NCBI GenBank assembly: GCA_041594435.1
Contig: JBFHME010000002.1
Coordinates: 939-64,938, forward strand
DNA length: 64,000 bases
Direction of reading: 5' to 3'
Origin: Acidimicrobiales bacterium
Lineage (GTDB): Bacteria; Actinomycetota; Acidimicrobiia; Acidimicrobiales; SZUA-35
Positions within the stretch are counted from its first letter, which is position 1. Each line of letters begins with the position of its first letter. Below are positions 34,088 to 43,948 of this stretch, one piece after another. The notes beneath the pieces are model-generated. The model was not told the origin of the DNA and searched no databases. It saw only the letters and a program-made list of their open reading frames with translations. A program made the translations under genes and the position numbers.

Positions 34088-35838
34088 CCGTCATCGCCAC
34101 GGCCGGCCACGTCGACCACGGCAAGTCGACGCTGGTCAGAGCGCTGACCGGTACCGATCCGGACCGCTGGGCCGAGGAGAAGGAACGAGGGCTCACGATC
34201 GATCTCGGGTTCGCCTCGACCACGCTGCCGTCCGGCCGTGCGCTGTCGCTGGTCGACGTCCCCGGACATGTCCGTTTCCTCCGCAACATGCTGTCGGGCG
34301 TCGGGGCGGTCGACGGGTGCCTGTTCGTGGTGGCCGCCACCGAGGGCTGGAAGCCGCAGTCCGAGGAGCACCTCCGGATCCTCGACATGCTGGGTCTCAG
34401 CAGCGGTGTGGTGGCGCTGACCAAGGTGGATCTGGTCGACGACGACCTCCGGGAACTCGCCCATCTCGACGTCGAGGAACACGTGGCCGGGACGTTCCTG
34501 GAGGGTGCCGACATCATTGCCGTGGCCGCCGGCGATGGGCCCGACGGTGAAGGCATGACCGCCTTGCGGGCCGCGCTGGACGAGCTGGCTGCGGCAGCCG
34601 AGACCCGGGTGGCCGACGGCACCCCCCGCCTGTGGATCGACCGGGCCTTCGCCCCGCCCGGTGTCGGAGCGGTCGTGACCGGCACGCTGACCGGCGGTTC
34701 GGTGGCGGTCGGTGACGAACTGGCGGTCAGTGGTGCCGCTTCGACGGCCGACTCGATTCGCATCCGTGGCATCCAGAACCATCACCGGGATCTCGACCGG
34801 GTCGAGGCGGGCAACCGGGTGGCGCTGAACCTCGTCGGCGTCAGCCACCATGACGTGGCCAGAGGCGACGTCCTGGTGGTCGCCGGAGCGTGGCATCACA
34901 GCGCCATGGTCGACGCCGAACTCTCGGTGCTGGCCGGGCTTGACCACCCCGTGACGAGGCGGGGAGCGTACGCGGCCTACATCGGCTCCGGCGAGTTTCC
35001 GTGCCGGCTCAGGGTTCTGGCCGGTGCCGACGCCGACCTCGACGCCGACCTGCCGACCGAGATCGCGCCGGGGGCCACCGGAAACGTGCGGCTCTACCTG
35101 TCCCGACCCATCCCGGTGACGCCGGGCGACCGGTTCATCCTGCGGGAGGCCGGTCGCCACGAAACGGTCGGCGGAGGTCGCATCCTCGACGTCGACCCCG
35201 TTCTGCCGGCGACCAGGGCCCGGCCCGACGATTCGGTGGACCGGATCGTGGCCGAGCGGGGTTGGGTCGACGTCGATGAACTGCGGCGGCTGACCGGAAC
35301 CACTCGGGAGCCCACGATCGGCCGCTGGGTGGTGAACGACGACGCGCTCGACGCCCTGCGGAGCGAGGTCGAGGCGCTGGTGGCCGGGGCCGGACCGCTC
35401 GGCCTTGATCTGGCGTCGCTGAGCGAGCGGCAGCGCACCGTCCTCGACGCCATGGAGTCCATCCGCATCGATCAGGGCCGAGCGGTGATCGGACCGGTCG
35501 TCGATCCGCTGGCCGACCATCCGTGGGTGGCGTCGCTGGCCGCCGACCCGTTCACGCCCCCCGCTCCCGACGGGGTCGACCGCGGCGAGATCCGCGAGCT
35601 CGTGCGTCGCGGGCTGGTCGTCGAACAGGACGGCATCTATTTCGCCCGTTCCGCGATCGACGAGGCCCGAGCCGTGTTGACCGAGGCGTTCGCCGAAGCC
35701 GATGGCCTGACGGTGGCCGAGATCCGGGACCTGCTCGGCACGACACGGAAGTACGTGCTGGCCCTGCTGGCCCATCTCGACGGCAACGGCATGACCAGGC
35801 GACGAGACGACCTGCGGATCCCCGGCCCTCGGCTCTGA
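34084..35838 (+). CDS. selB: selenocysteine-specific translation elongation factor
   Basis: The GTPase motifs are MTVIATAGHVDHGKSTL, DVPGH and LTKVD. Long C-terminal winged-helix-like domains follow. The start overlaps the selA stop (ATGA). Confidence 0.85.
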   Translation: MTVIATAGHVDHGKSTLVRALTGTDPDRWAEEKERGLTIDLGFASTTLPSGRALSLVDVPGHVRFLRNMLSGVGAVDGCLFVVAATEGWKPQSEEHLRILDMLGLSSGVVALTKVDLVDDDLRELAHLDVEEHVAGTFLEGADIIAVAAGDGPDGEGMTALRAALDELAAAAETRVADGTPRLWIDRAFAPPGVGAVVTGTLTGGSVAVGDELAVSGAASTADSIRIRGIQNHHRDLDRVEAGNRVALNLVGVSHHDVARGDVLVVAGAWHHSAMVDAELSVLAGLDHPVTRRGAYAAYIGSGEFPCRLRVLAGADADLDADLPTEIAPGATGNVRLYLSRPIPVTPGDRFILREAGRHETVGGGRILDVDPVLPATRARPDDSVDRIVAERGWVDVDELRRLTGTTREPTIGRWVVNDDALDALRSEVEALVAGAGPLGLDLASLSERQRTVLDAMESIRIDQGRAVIGPVVDPLADHPWVASLAADPFTPPAPDGVDRGEIRELVRRGLVVEQDGIYFARSAIDEARAVLTEAFAEADGLTVAEIRDLLGTTRKYVLALLAHLDGNGMTRRRDDLRIPGPRL

Positions 35839-35866
35839 CGCCGAACGCCTTGCGCTCGACTCCGGC

Positions 35867-36148
35867 TCAGTTGCGCGCTGGGATCAGGTCCCGCCGTTCC
35901 TTGGCGGTGAGACCACCCCAGATACCGTGCTGCTCGCCGATCTCCAGGGCGTAACGGCGACACGGGTCCAAGACGGGACAGGTTGCGCAGATCTCCTTGG
36001 CCCGCTCCTCTCGACGACGTTTGTCGGTTCGCCGCTCCAAGCGAGGAGGCGGAAAGAAGATGACTTGGTTCGGTCCACGGCACGCTGCCGCGTCATGCCA
36101 CGAGCCGTCGTCCCATCGACGGCCGCTTACTGGATGCGTGAAAGTCAC
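35867..36148 (-). CDS. whiB: WhiB-family transcriptional regulator
   Basis: The Cys pattern is AACRG...CATCPVLDPC. It is followed by GIWGG and a basic tail (KERRDL). Confidence 0.85.
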   Translation of the reverse strand: MTFTHPVSGRRWDDGSWHDAAACRGPNQVIFFPPPRLERRTDKRRREERAKEICATCPVLDPCRRYALEIGEQHGIWGGLTAKERRDLIPARN

Positions 36149-36234
36149 GGATAATCCCCCTTGTGGAGGAAACTTTATGTCGATTCAGTGGCCGATGACA
36201 AGAACGTTGTGGAACGATTTTTCAGATTTTGCCA

Positions 36235-37563
36235 CTATCCGGTGGCAGGGGTTCCACTTCGACGCTCCCGGTAGTCTTTCGCCCCGCCATCCTCGGGCTC
36301 GACTTCCAGGATGAGCCGATCGATTCCGATAACTCGAATCGATTCGCCCTGCTCGATCGGAGTGGCCCGATTGGTGATAGCCCGCCAGGTGGCGTCGCGG
36401 ATCCTGACCGTACCCTCCGGGTCGACGGGCGAGGTTGCCACCCCCATCTCCCCGATCATCCATGTGCGGCCGATCGTCGGCGTGGAGAAGCGGGTGCGCA
36501 CCATGGACGGCATGCCGGTGTAGGCGTAGAGCACCGCAGCGATGATCCCGGCCAGCGCCGTGATCCACGACATCGAGACGCCGTCGTAGAGGAACCAGGT
36601 GCCCAACACGAAACAGACCAGCCCGACGATCGTGTAGAGCCGAGGAACGTTGGTCTGGATGTCGATGGCCAGGAAGAACATCGAAAGCAGCAGCAGTGCC
36701 ACGGCCCACCAGTTGACGGGCAGGATGGCCAGGCCGTAGCCGCCGAGGAACACCGAGCCGGCACCGATGACGCCGGCGATGCCGACGCCGGCCACGAACA
36801 GTTCGAACACCATGATCGCCAGCCCCATGACGAAGAGCAGATAGGCGACCTCCGGGCTGGCCACCGTGTGGAACAGCTGGTGGGCCAGCGGTAGGCCGGA
36901 CAACAACGGCTGGGTCGTGGGGACCGTGGCCAGGGCGCCGTTTGCGTTCACGCACTCGAAGACCTCGAATCCCGACAGCATCGTGGCGAAGGATCCGATG
37001 GGCACCGTGTTCTCCAGCGGACCGACGGAGATACCGGCCTCGATGGCCTGATTGGCGGAGAACAAGCCGGTCTCGAGCCGTGCGGCGGCGTCGCCGAACG
37101 CACTCCCCCACTCGGCCGGCAGGCGCCGTTCACCGGTGCGACCGATGGTGGAGTTCGGAGTGACGGCGACGAGGTCGACGACGGTGGCCAGCTCGGCTGC
37201 CCCGCCGCGGGCCGTCGAGCCGGTGTTCCCGACCCACAGCGCGGTCTCCACCGACGATTCCCGGAGCCGGGTCGCCAGTTCCAGATAGTCGTCATCGCCG
37301 AGCACCGAGCCGTTACTGTTCATCCACAGCAGATAGCCGACGGTGTTCGGGTCGGCCTCGGCCTGATCGAGCTGGCTGAGCATGTAATCGCGTACCGCGG
37401 GGTCGATCAAGCCCGCGACCTTCACGAACCGGACCACCGAATCCGTTGCCTGCACATCGTTCAAATCGGCGGGGCATTCGCCGGGGCTGTTCTGGGCTGC
37501 CGCGGGACCGGCCGTGGTCAGCGACACCGCCGCAACCGCAAACACCATCATCAGGGCGCGCAT
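36235..37563 (-). CDS. NfeD-family membrane-bound ClpP-class serine protease
   Basis: I trimmed the start to ATG 37563 (MRALMMVFAVAAVSLTTAGPAAAQ, a signal peptide). A central multi-TM block follows. The C-terminal NfeD OB-fold reads GEMGVATSPVDPEGTVRIRDATWRAITN..GESIRVIGIDRLILEVEP. Confidence 0.7.
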   Translation of the reverse strand: MRALMMVFAVAAVSLTTAGPAAAQNSPGECPADLNDVQATDSVVRFVKVAGLIDPAVRDYMLSQLDQAEADPNTVGYLLWMNSNGSVLGDDDYLELATRLRESSVETALWVGNTGSTARGGAAELATVVDLVAVTPNSTIGRTGERRLPAEWGSAFGDAAARLETGLFSANQAIEAGISVGPLENTVPIGSFATMLSGFEVFECVNANGALATVPTTQPLLSGLPLAHQLFHTVASPEVAYLLFVMGLAIMVFELFVAGVGIAGVIGAGSVFLGGYGLAILPVNWWAVALLLLSMFFLAIDIQTNVPRLYTIVGLVCFVLGTWFLYDGVSMSWITALAGIIAAVLYAYTGMPSMVRTRFSTPTIGRTWMIGEMGVATSPVDPEGTVRIRDATWRAITNRATPIEQGESIRVIGIDRLILEVEPEDGGAKDYRERRSGTPATG

Positions 37564-37580
37564 GACCGTTAGCCTCGTCA

Positions 37581-38546
37581 GTGGTGACTGTTCAGAGCTT
37601 CTTCGCCGCATCCAAGATCCTCATCGTGGCCGGTAAGGGTGGGGTCGGAAAGACAACGGTAGGGGCTGTCATCGCCTTCGCGGCCGCCAGGAGCGGATGT
37701 CACGTTCTTCTCATCGAGTTGGAGGGCTACGCCAATCTCGAACCGTTGGGGTTGGGGGCGCTCGGCAACAAGCCGCAGCGGGCGGCCGAGGATCTGCTTC
37801 CCGGGGGCACCGGCGTGCTCGACGTCATGCAGCTGCATCCCGACCAGGCGCTCGCCGACTATCTGGACCGCACGGGGATGGGCCCGATCATCAAGACGTT
37901 CAGTCGAAGCGGAGCGGTGGAGGTGGTCGTCGCCGCCGCTCCCGGCCTGCGGGATCTCGTGACGCTCGGCAAGATCCGTCAACTCGAGGAGGCCGGCGAT
38001 GTCGATCTGATCGTGGTCGACGCACCGGCATCCGGACACGCCCTGTCACTCCTCACCGCCGCCGCCGGTATGGCCGATTCGACGTCGAGCGGTCCGATCC
38101 GCGATCAGGCCGATCAGGCACTGGCCATGCTCGGCGACGAGGCCCGTTGTCGAGTGCTGCTGGTGACCCTGCCGGAGGAGACACCGGTGACGGAGACGAT
38201 CGAGACGGCCTTCGACATCGAGGAGACGGTCGGCGTCCAACTCGGCCCGCTGGTGGTCAACGGGCTGTGGCCGGAGATCGAGGGCCTCGCCGCCGCGGTC
38301 GACGGCGCAGCCGAGGGCGGCACAGCCGGGGCGGCCGCCGACGGCTCACGTCGGGCGGCCGACTACCGCCTTGCTCGATGCGCGGACCAGCAGGCCCAGG
38401 TGGCGAGGTTGATCGCCGAACTCCCGCTGCCCCAAATCCACCTTCCGCAGCGATTCACCGCCTCGCTGGGACCGGAGGATCTCGTTGCGCTGGCCGACGC
38501 GCTGGTCGACAGTCCGGTCGTCTCCGGTGACGGATCCCGCCGATGA
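37581..38546 (+). CDS. ArsA/Get3-like P-loop ATPase (Rv3679-like)
   Basis: The deviant Walker A reads ILIVAGKGGVGKTTVGA. DAPASGHAL is also present. It is paired with the next gene. Confidence 0.75.
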   Translation: MVTVQSFFAASKILIVAGKGGVGKTTVGAVIAFAAARSGCHVLLIELEGYANLEPLGLGALGNKPQRAAEDLLPGGTGVLDVMQLHPDQALADYLDRTGMGPIIKTFSRSGAVEVVVAAAPGLRDLVTLGKIRQLEEAGDVDLIVVDAPASGHALSLLTAAAGMADSTSSGPIRDQADQALAMLGDEARCRVLLVTLPEETPVTETIETAFDIEETVGVQLGPLVVNGLWPEIEGLAAAVDGAAEGGTAGAAADGSRRAADYRLARCADQQAQVARLIAELPLPQIHLPQRFTASLGPEDLVALADALVDSPVVSGDGSRR

Positions 38547-39643
38547 CCGCCGCCGACGTCGGCCATCCCCCCGGCGCAGGCCGGGAGTTCTTCACCGACC
38601 ATCGCGTCGTCCTCTGCCTCGGATCCGGTGGGGTTGGCAAGACCACGGTGGCCGCCGCGCTGGGTGTCGCCCTCGCCGGTCGAGGCGAACGTGTCGTGGT
38701 TCTCACCATCGATCCAGCCCACCGTCTCGCCGATGCGCTGGGCCTCGACGGCGGCCTGACCAACGAGCCCCGGCGGGTGGTTGCCCACGACGACGGAGGT
38801 GAGCTCTGGGCCACGATGCTCGATCCCGCGGAGACCTTCGAGGCCGTCGTCCGAGCGGAGGCGCCCACCGAGGAACAGGCCGAACGCATCCTGGCCAACC
38901 CGCTGTTCCAGAACCTCACCCGCTCACTGTCGGGCACAAACGAGTACATGGCCGCCGAACGGCTCCATCAACTCCACGGCGACCCGCGTTTCGACCGGGT
39001 CATCGTCGACACCCCACCGTCTCGCCACGCCCTCGACTTCCTCGACAGCCCTGGCCGCCTCAACCGTTTCGTGAACCACCGCCTCTATCGCTCGGTGTTC
39101 GCGCCACGGGGTCTGCTGCGCACCGTGAGCGTCGGCACCCGGTTGGTGCTCCGGCTGCTCGGCCGCATCGTGGGGAGCCGACTGGTCGACGACGTCGTGA
39201 CGTTCTTCGCCAACTTCGAGGGTCTCGACACCGGGTTCGACCGTCGGGCGAAGGAGATCGATCGAATCCTGCAGGAGGAAACGGCATTCGTCCTCGTCAC
39301 CGCACCCCGCCGGCGGGCGCTCGACGAAGCCGATTGGATCGCGACCAACGTCGCCCGTCGGATCGGTCCTGTCGATGCGGTCATCGTCAACCGCACCTGC
39401 CCGGTCGACGCGTCATCAGCACGGTCCTCCGACGGCAGCGACGAGGGTTCGGCGCCTGCCGCCGATCCGCTGACCGTCAATCTCCAGCAGCTGCAGGCCT
39501 TGGCCTCCCATGAAGCGGCGCTGATCGCTGAGTTCGTGACCTCGATCGACGGTGAGGCGCCGGTGATTCGGCTCCGTGAACGGGCACGACCGGTTGCCGA
39601 ACTCGACGCGTTGCGGGAGTTGGCGACGGAACTTCTCGACTGA
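38543..39643 (+). CDS. ArsA/Get3-like P-loop ATPase (Rv3680-like)
   Basis: The sequence shows VVLCLGSGGVGKTTVAAAL..LTIDPAHRLADALGL and DTPPSRHALDFL. Its start overlaps the upstream stop (ATGA). Confidence 0.75.
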   Translation: MTAADVGHPPGAGREFFTDHRVVLCLGSGGVGKTTVAAALGVALAGRGERVVVLTIDPAHRLADALGLDGGLTNEPRRVVAHDDGGELWATMLDPAETFEAVVRAEAPTEEQAERILANPLFQNLTRSLSGTNEYMAAERLHQLHGDPRFDRVIVDTPPSRHALDFLDSPGRLNRFVNHRLYRSVFAPRGLLRTVSVGTRLVLRLLGRIVGSRLVDDVVTFFANFEGLDTGFDRRAKEIDRILQEETAFVLVTAPRRRALDEADWIATNVARRIGPVDAVIVNRTCPVDASSARSSDGSDEGSAPAADPLTVNLQQLQALASHEAALIAEFVTSIDGEAPVIRLRERARPVAELDALRELATELLD

Positions 39644-39675
39644 CGTCTGAGCGGCTGCGCCTCGGCGGGCGATGA

Positions 39676-40029
39676 TCAGGCGCTGAGGTCACCCTCGCCG
39701 GCGAGCGCCTGCTCAGCCTCCTCAACCGACTCGGTGACCGGCACGATGCGGTCGAAACCGGTGGTGTGGAGGAGACGGGTGAGCGCAGGGCGGGTGCAGG
39801 CGACCGCCACAGCGCCCTCGGCCTCGCGGGCTCGACGAATCCCACCGATGAGAGCACCAAGGCCGGCCGAATCCATGAACGGAACCTCGGACAGGTCGAT
39901 CAGCAGATGACGCTGGCCTGCGAGCTTGGACAGAGCCTCACGAAAGGCACCGACGGTGTAGGCGTCGAGTTCGCCCGACGGGCGGCACAGCGTGTAATTG
40001 TCGTTTTCCTCGATGTGGATCTCGAGCAT
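39676..40029 (-). CDS. STAS-domain anti-sigma-factor antagonist
   Basis: The sequence is SGELDAYTVGAFREAL...LIDLSEVPFMDSAGLGALIGG in a 117-aa product. Confidence 0.8.
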   Translation of the reverse strand: MLEIHIEENDNYTLCRPSGELDAYTVGAFREALSKLAGQRHLLIDLSEVPFMDSAGLGALIGGIRRAREAEGAVAVACTRPALTRLLHTTGFDRIVPVTESVEEAEQALAGEGDLSA

Positions 40030-40150
40030 CGTTCACTCTCCGTCGGCGCAACGTTGTCGACAGGGAGATGGTAGCGGCTATTCGCTGCCTAATTGTTGCG
40101 CTGCTTCTCGGCGTCTACTTTTCGCCCACGAGTTTTGTAGCATTGGTCGG

Positions 40151-40552
40151 GTGACGACCGTGTTGCTTGCCACTGACTCCAACAACATAGCGGCTGAAGT
40201 CGATGCCACGCTGGCCAACGACGATTGCGACGTGCTCCGGGTGCGGTCGGGCGCCGATGTGCTGCCGGTCATCGAAGCCCGCAACCCCGACCTCGTGCTG
40301 CTCGACCTTCAGATCGGCAACATGGGCGGCATGGCCGTCTGCCTGGCCATCCGCCAGGAGGAGGGTGCGGGGCGCCTCGAACACCGTCCGGTTGCGCTGC
40401 TTCTCGATCGTCACGCCGACGTGTTCCTGGCTCAGGAGTCGCGAGCTGACGGGTGGCTGATCAAGCCCATCGATTCGCTCCGCCTGCGCCGCGCCGTCAA
40501 GTCACTGCTGGCCGGCGACACGTCACACGAAGGTGTCGCCGAACCGGCCTGA
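40151..40552 (+). CDS. single-domain (CheY-like) response regulator
   Basis: I trimmed the start to GTG 40151. The sequence reads VLLATDS..DLVLLDLQIGNMGG..ADGWLIKPI. Confidence 0.7.
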   Translation: MTTVLLATDSNNIAAEVDATLANDDCDVLRVRSGADVLPVIEARNPDLVLLDLQIGNMGGMAVCLAIRQEEGAGRLEHRPVALLLDRHADVFLAQESRADGWLIKPIDSLRLRRAVKSLLAGDTSHEGVAEPA

Positions 40553-40609
40553 CGGCTCGCCGATTTTCCTGACGCGGCCCCACCGGATCGCGATAGGCTC
40601 ACATATCTC

Positions 40610-40686
40610 CGGGTTGTGGCGCAGGTTGGTAGCGCGCCTCGTTCGGGACGAGGAGGTCGGGAGTTCAAATCTCCCCAACCCGACCA
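40610..40686 (+). tRNA. tRNA-Pro (anticodon CGG)
   Basis: I folded the cloverleaf by hand. The acceptor stem is CGGGTTG/CAACCCG and the D stem is GCGC/GCGC. The anticodon stem CCTCG/CGAGG carries loop TTCGGGA. The T arm is GGGAG-TTCAAAT-CTCCC. Discriminator A and an encoded CCA follow. Confidence 0.9.
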
Positions 40687-40693
40687 GAGAAGC

Positions 40694-40727
40694 GAAACAG
40701 CGGCCCCCTTCAGGAGGCCGCTGTTTC
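40694..40727 (+). terminator. stem-loop after tRNA-Pro
   Basis: GAAACAGCGGCC (40694-40705) pairs with GGCCGCTGTTTC (40716-40727) as a perfect 12-bp stem. It is followed by CCATTT. Confidence 0.65.
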
Positions 40728-40758
40728 CATTTCGGGCTGTCCGCCGTCGCGCCCGCTC

Positions 40759-41007
40759 TCAGGCGGTGAGGAAACCCTGGCGGATTCCGAGCCACAGCAG
40801 ACCGGCGGCAACAAGCACGCCGACGATGAGGGCGATGATCCAGCTGACACTGCCCAGCACCAAGGCCACGATGAACATCGAGACGACGCCGAGCCCGACG
40901 GTCTTGACCAAGCCGATGTCCTGAGCCCCTGGCAACACGGCACGAGCAAGGAAACCGACGATGGCCCCCACGATCAAGTTCACGATGATAGATCCAATGA
41001 ATCCCAC
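40759..41007 (-). CDS. GlsB/YeaQ/YmgE-family small membrane protein
   Basis: I trimmed the start to GTG 41007, with a GGAGGAA just upstream. The sequence reads VGFIGSIIVNLIVGAIVGFLARAVLPG... Confidence 0.7.
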   Translation of the reverse strand: MGFIGSIIVNLIVGAIVGFLARAVLPGAQDIGLVKTVGLGVVSMFIVALVLGSVSWIIALIVGVLVAAGLLWLGIRQGFLTA

Positions 41008-41293
41008 AGTTTCCTCCGTTTTACGAATTCGGTCCCCATTTCCTAGCAGGTGAGGACACGGTTCAACAACTACTAGCCGATTTGAGTGTCTCGTCGATCC
41101 AGCGCCGCTGATGCCCGACGAGCCCCCAGGAGGCTCAAAATAGCCTGTTTGTCGTTTCTCCGACGGGACTGTTGCAATTTCGAGATCATGTGGACCTCGG
41201 GCTCGCTTCGTTCCCCCGCGGCCGCTCGACGAACCGACCCGACAGATGGCCCGGCCCTCGACGCCGCGAAGCAACGAACTACCATGGATCATC

Positions 41294-42163
41294 ATGATCG
41301 TCGACGAAGCTCTCGCGGCAATCCGCCGTCAAGGCGGTGAAGCGCTCCGTTCCGCGCTCGCCGGCGACGACCGGCTCAGCCCCGACCAACTCGCCACCCT
41401 GGATGACCCCGGTCTGTTCGGGCCCGCCAGTGTGGCGTGGAGGGTGCACGGCGATGCCGCCATGTTGATCGGCGGGTTGCGATCCCTCCTCATCCAGACG
41501 CTGCATCCGTTGGCGATGGCCGGCGTCTCGGATCACTCCGACTACCGCGACGATCCCTGGGGAAGGCTCCATCGCACCGGCCGTTTCATCGGTGCCACCA
41601 CCTACGGCAACACCGACACCGCCGAGGCGTGGATCGAGCTGGTCAAGCGGATTCACGACCGGGTTGTCGGGACCGCTCCGGATGGCCGGCCCTACGAGGC
41701 CAACGACCCCCACCTGCTCACCTGGGTCCACTGCACGGAGGTCGACAGTTTCCTCTCGGCGTTCGATCGCTACGGCTACGGCAGGTTGACCGACGCCGAA
41801 AAGGACCGGTACGTGGCCGAGATGGCTGAAGTCGGACGACGCCTGGGAGCCACCCCACCGACCGACCGGGCCGGGCTCGCGGCCGAGCTGGAGATGTTCC
41901 GGGGCGAGTGCGAGTACGGCGACCAGGCTCGGGAAACGGTGCGCTTCCTGATCCGACCGCCCGTGCCGTTACAGCTGCGCGGCCCGTACGGCCTCATCAC
42001 CGTGGCTGCGGTGACCAGTCTGCCCGGGTGGGCCCGATCCATGCTCCGGCTCCCGGTGCCCCCTGGTTTCGCAGTCAACCCGCCGGCCACGGTGCTCACT
42101 CGAGCCATCGGCTGGCTGATGAGCGACCGCAGTGCCGACTTGGACGACCACCTCATCGGCTGA
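41294..42163 (+). CDS. MpaB/DUF2236-family oxygenase-like protein
   Basis: The sequence reads SVAWRVHGDAAMLIGGLRSLLIQTLHPLAMAGVSDHSDY..DPWGRLHRTGRFI..NDPHLLTWVHCTE. Confidence 0.6.
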   Translation: MIVDEALAAIRRQGGEALRSALAGDDRLSPDQLATLDDPGLFGPASVAWRVHGDAAMLIGGLRSLLIQTLHPLAMAGVSDHSDYRDDPWGRLHRTGRFIGATTYGNTDTAEAWIELVKRIHDRVVGTAPDGRPYEANDPHLLTWVHCTEVDSFLSAFDRYGYGRLTDAEKDRYVAEMAEVGRRLGATPPTDRAGLAAELEMFRGECEYGDQARETVRFLIRPPVPLQLRGPYGLITVAAVTSLPGWARSMLRLPVPPGFAVNPPATVLTRAIGWLMSDRSADLDDHLIG

Positions 42164-42179
42164 GTTATCCTGCCCCGTT

Positions 42180-42431
42180 GTGAACCTGGTCGAGCTGCAG
42201 CATTTGATGGACGACCTCTATGGCGTCTCGGATCGGGAGCGGGGTCTACCGGCAACGGTGGCCTGGCTCTGCGAGGAGTTGGGCGAACTGGCTCAAGCCG
42301 TTCGCAAGGGCACTCGCGAGCAACAACTCCACGAACTGGGTGACGTGTTGGCCTGGCTGGCGTCGCTCGCCAACCAACTCGACCTCTCCCTCGACGAAGC
42401 GGTGGCCCGCTACATCGACGACCCACCCTGA
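42180..42431 (+). CDS. MazG-like nucleotide pyrophosphohydrolase domain protein
   Basis: I trimmed the start to GTG 42180. The sequence reads WLCEELGELAQAVRKG...ELGDVLAWLASLANQLDLSLDEAV. Confidence 0.6.
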   Translation: MNLVELQHLMDDLYGVSDRERGLPATVAWLCEELGELAQAVRKGTREQQLHELGDVLAWLASLANQLDLSLDEAVARYIDDPP

Positions 42432-42470
42432 TTCGCGATCCTGCACCCACCTCCGAGCCGTCTGGCTCGG

Positions 42471-43948
<1,478 letters not shown>

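Noticed and set aside
40030-40150. A SigF/SigB-type promoter (GTTT-n14-GGGTG) upstream of the CheY-like gene.
   Set aside because: The GGGTG overlaps the GTG start codon itself. The spacing is therefore incompatible with a -10 element for this gene.
40610-41300. tRNA-Pro as an integration hotspot or genomic-island border.
   Set aside because: No integrase, direct repeat of the tRNA 3' end, or compositional shift follows it. The downstream genes (GlsB-like, MpaB-like, MazG-like, ask-asd) look like ordinary core genes.
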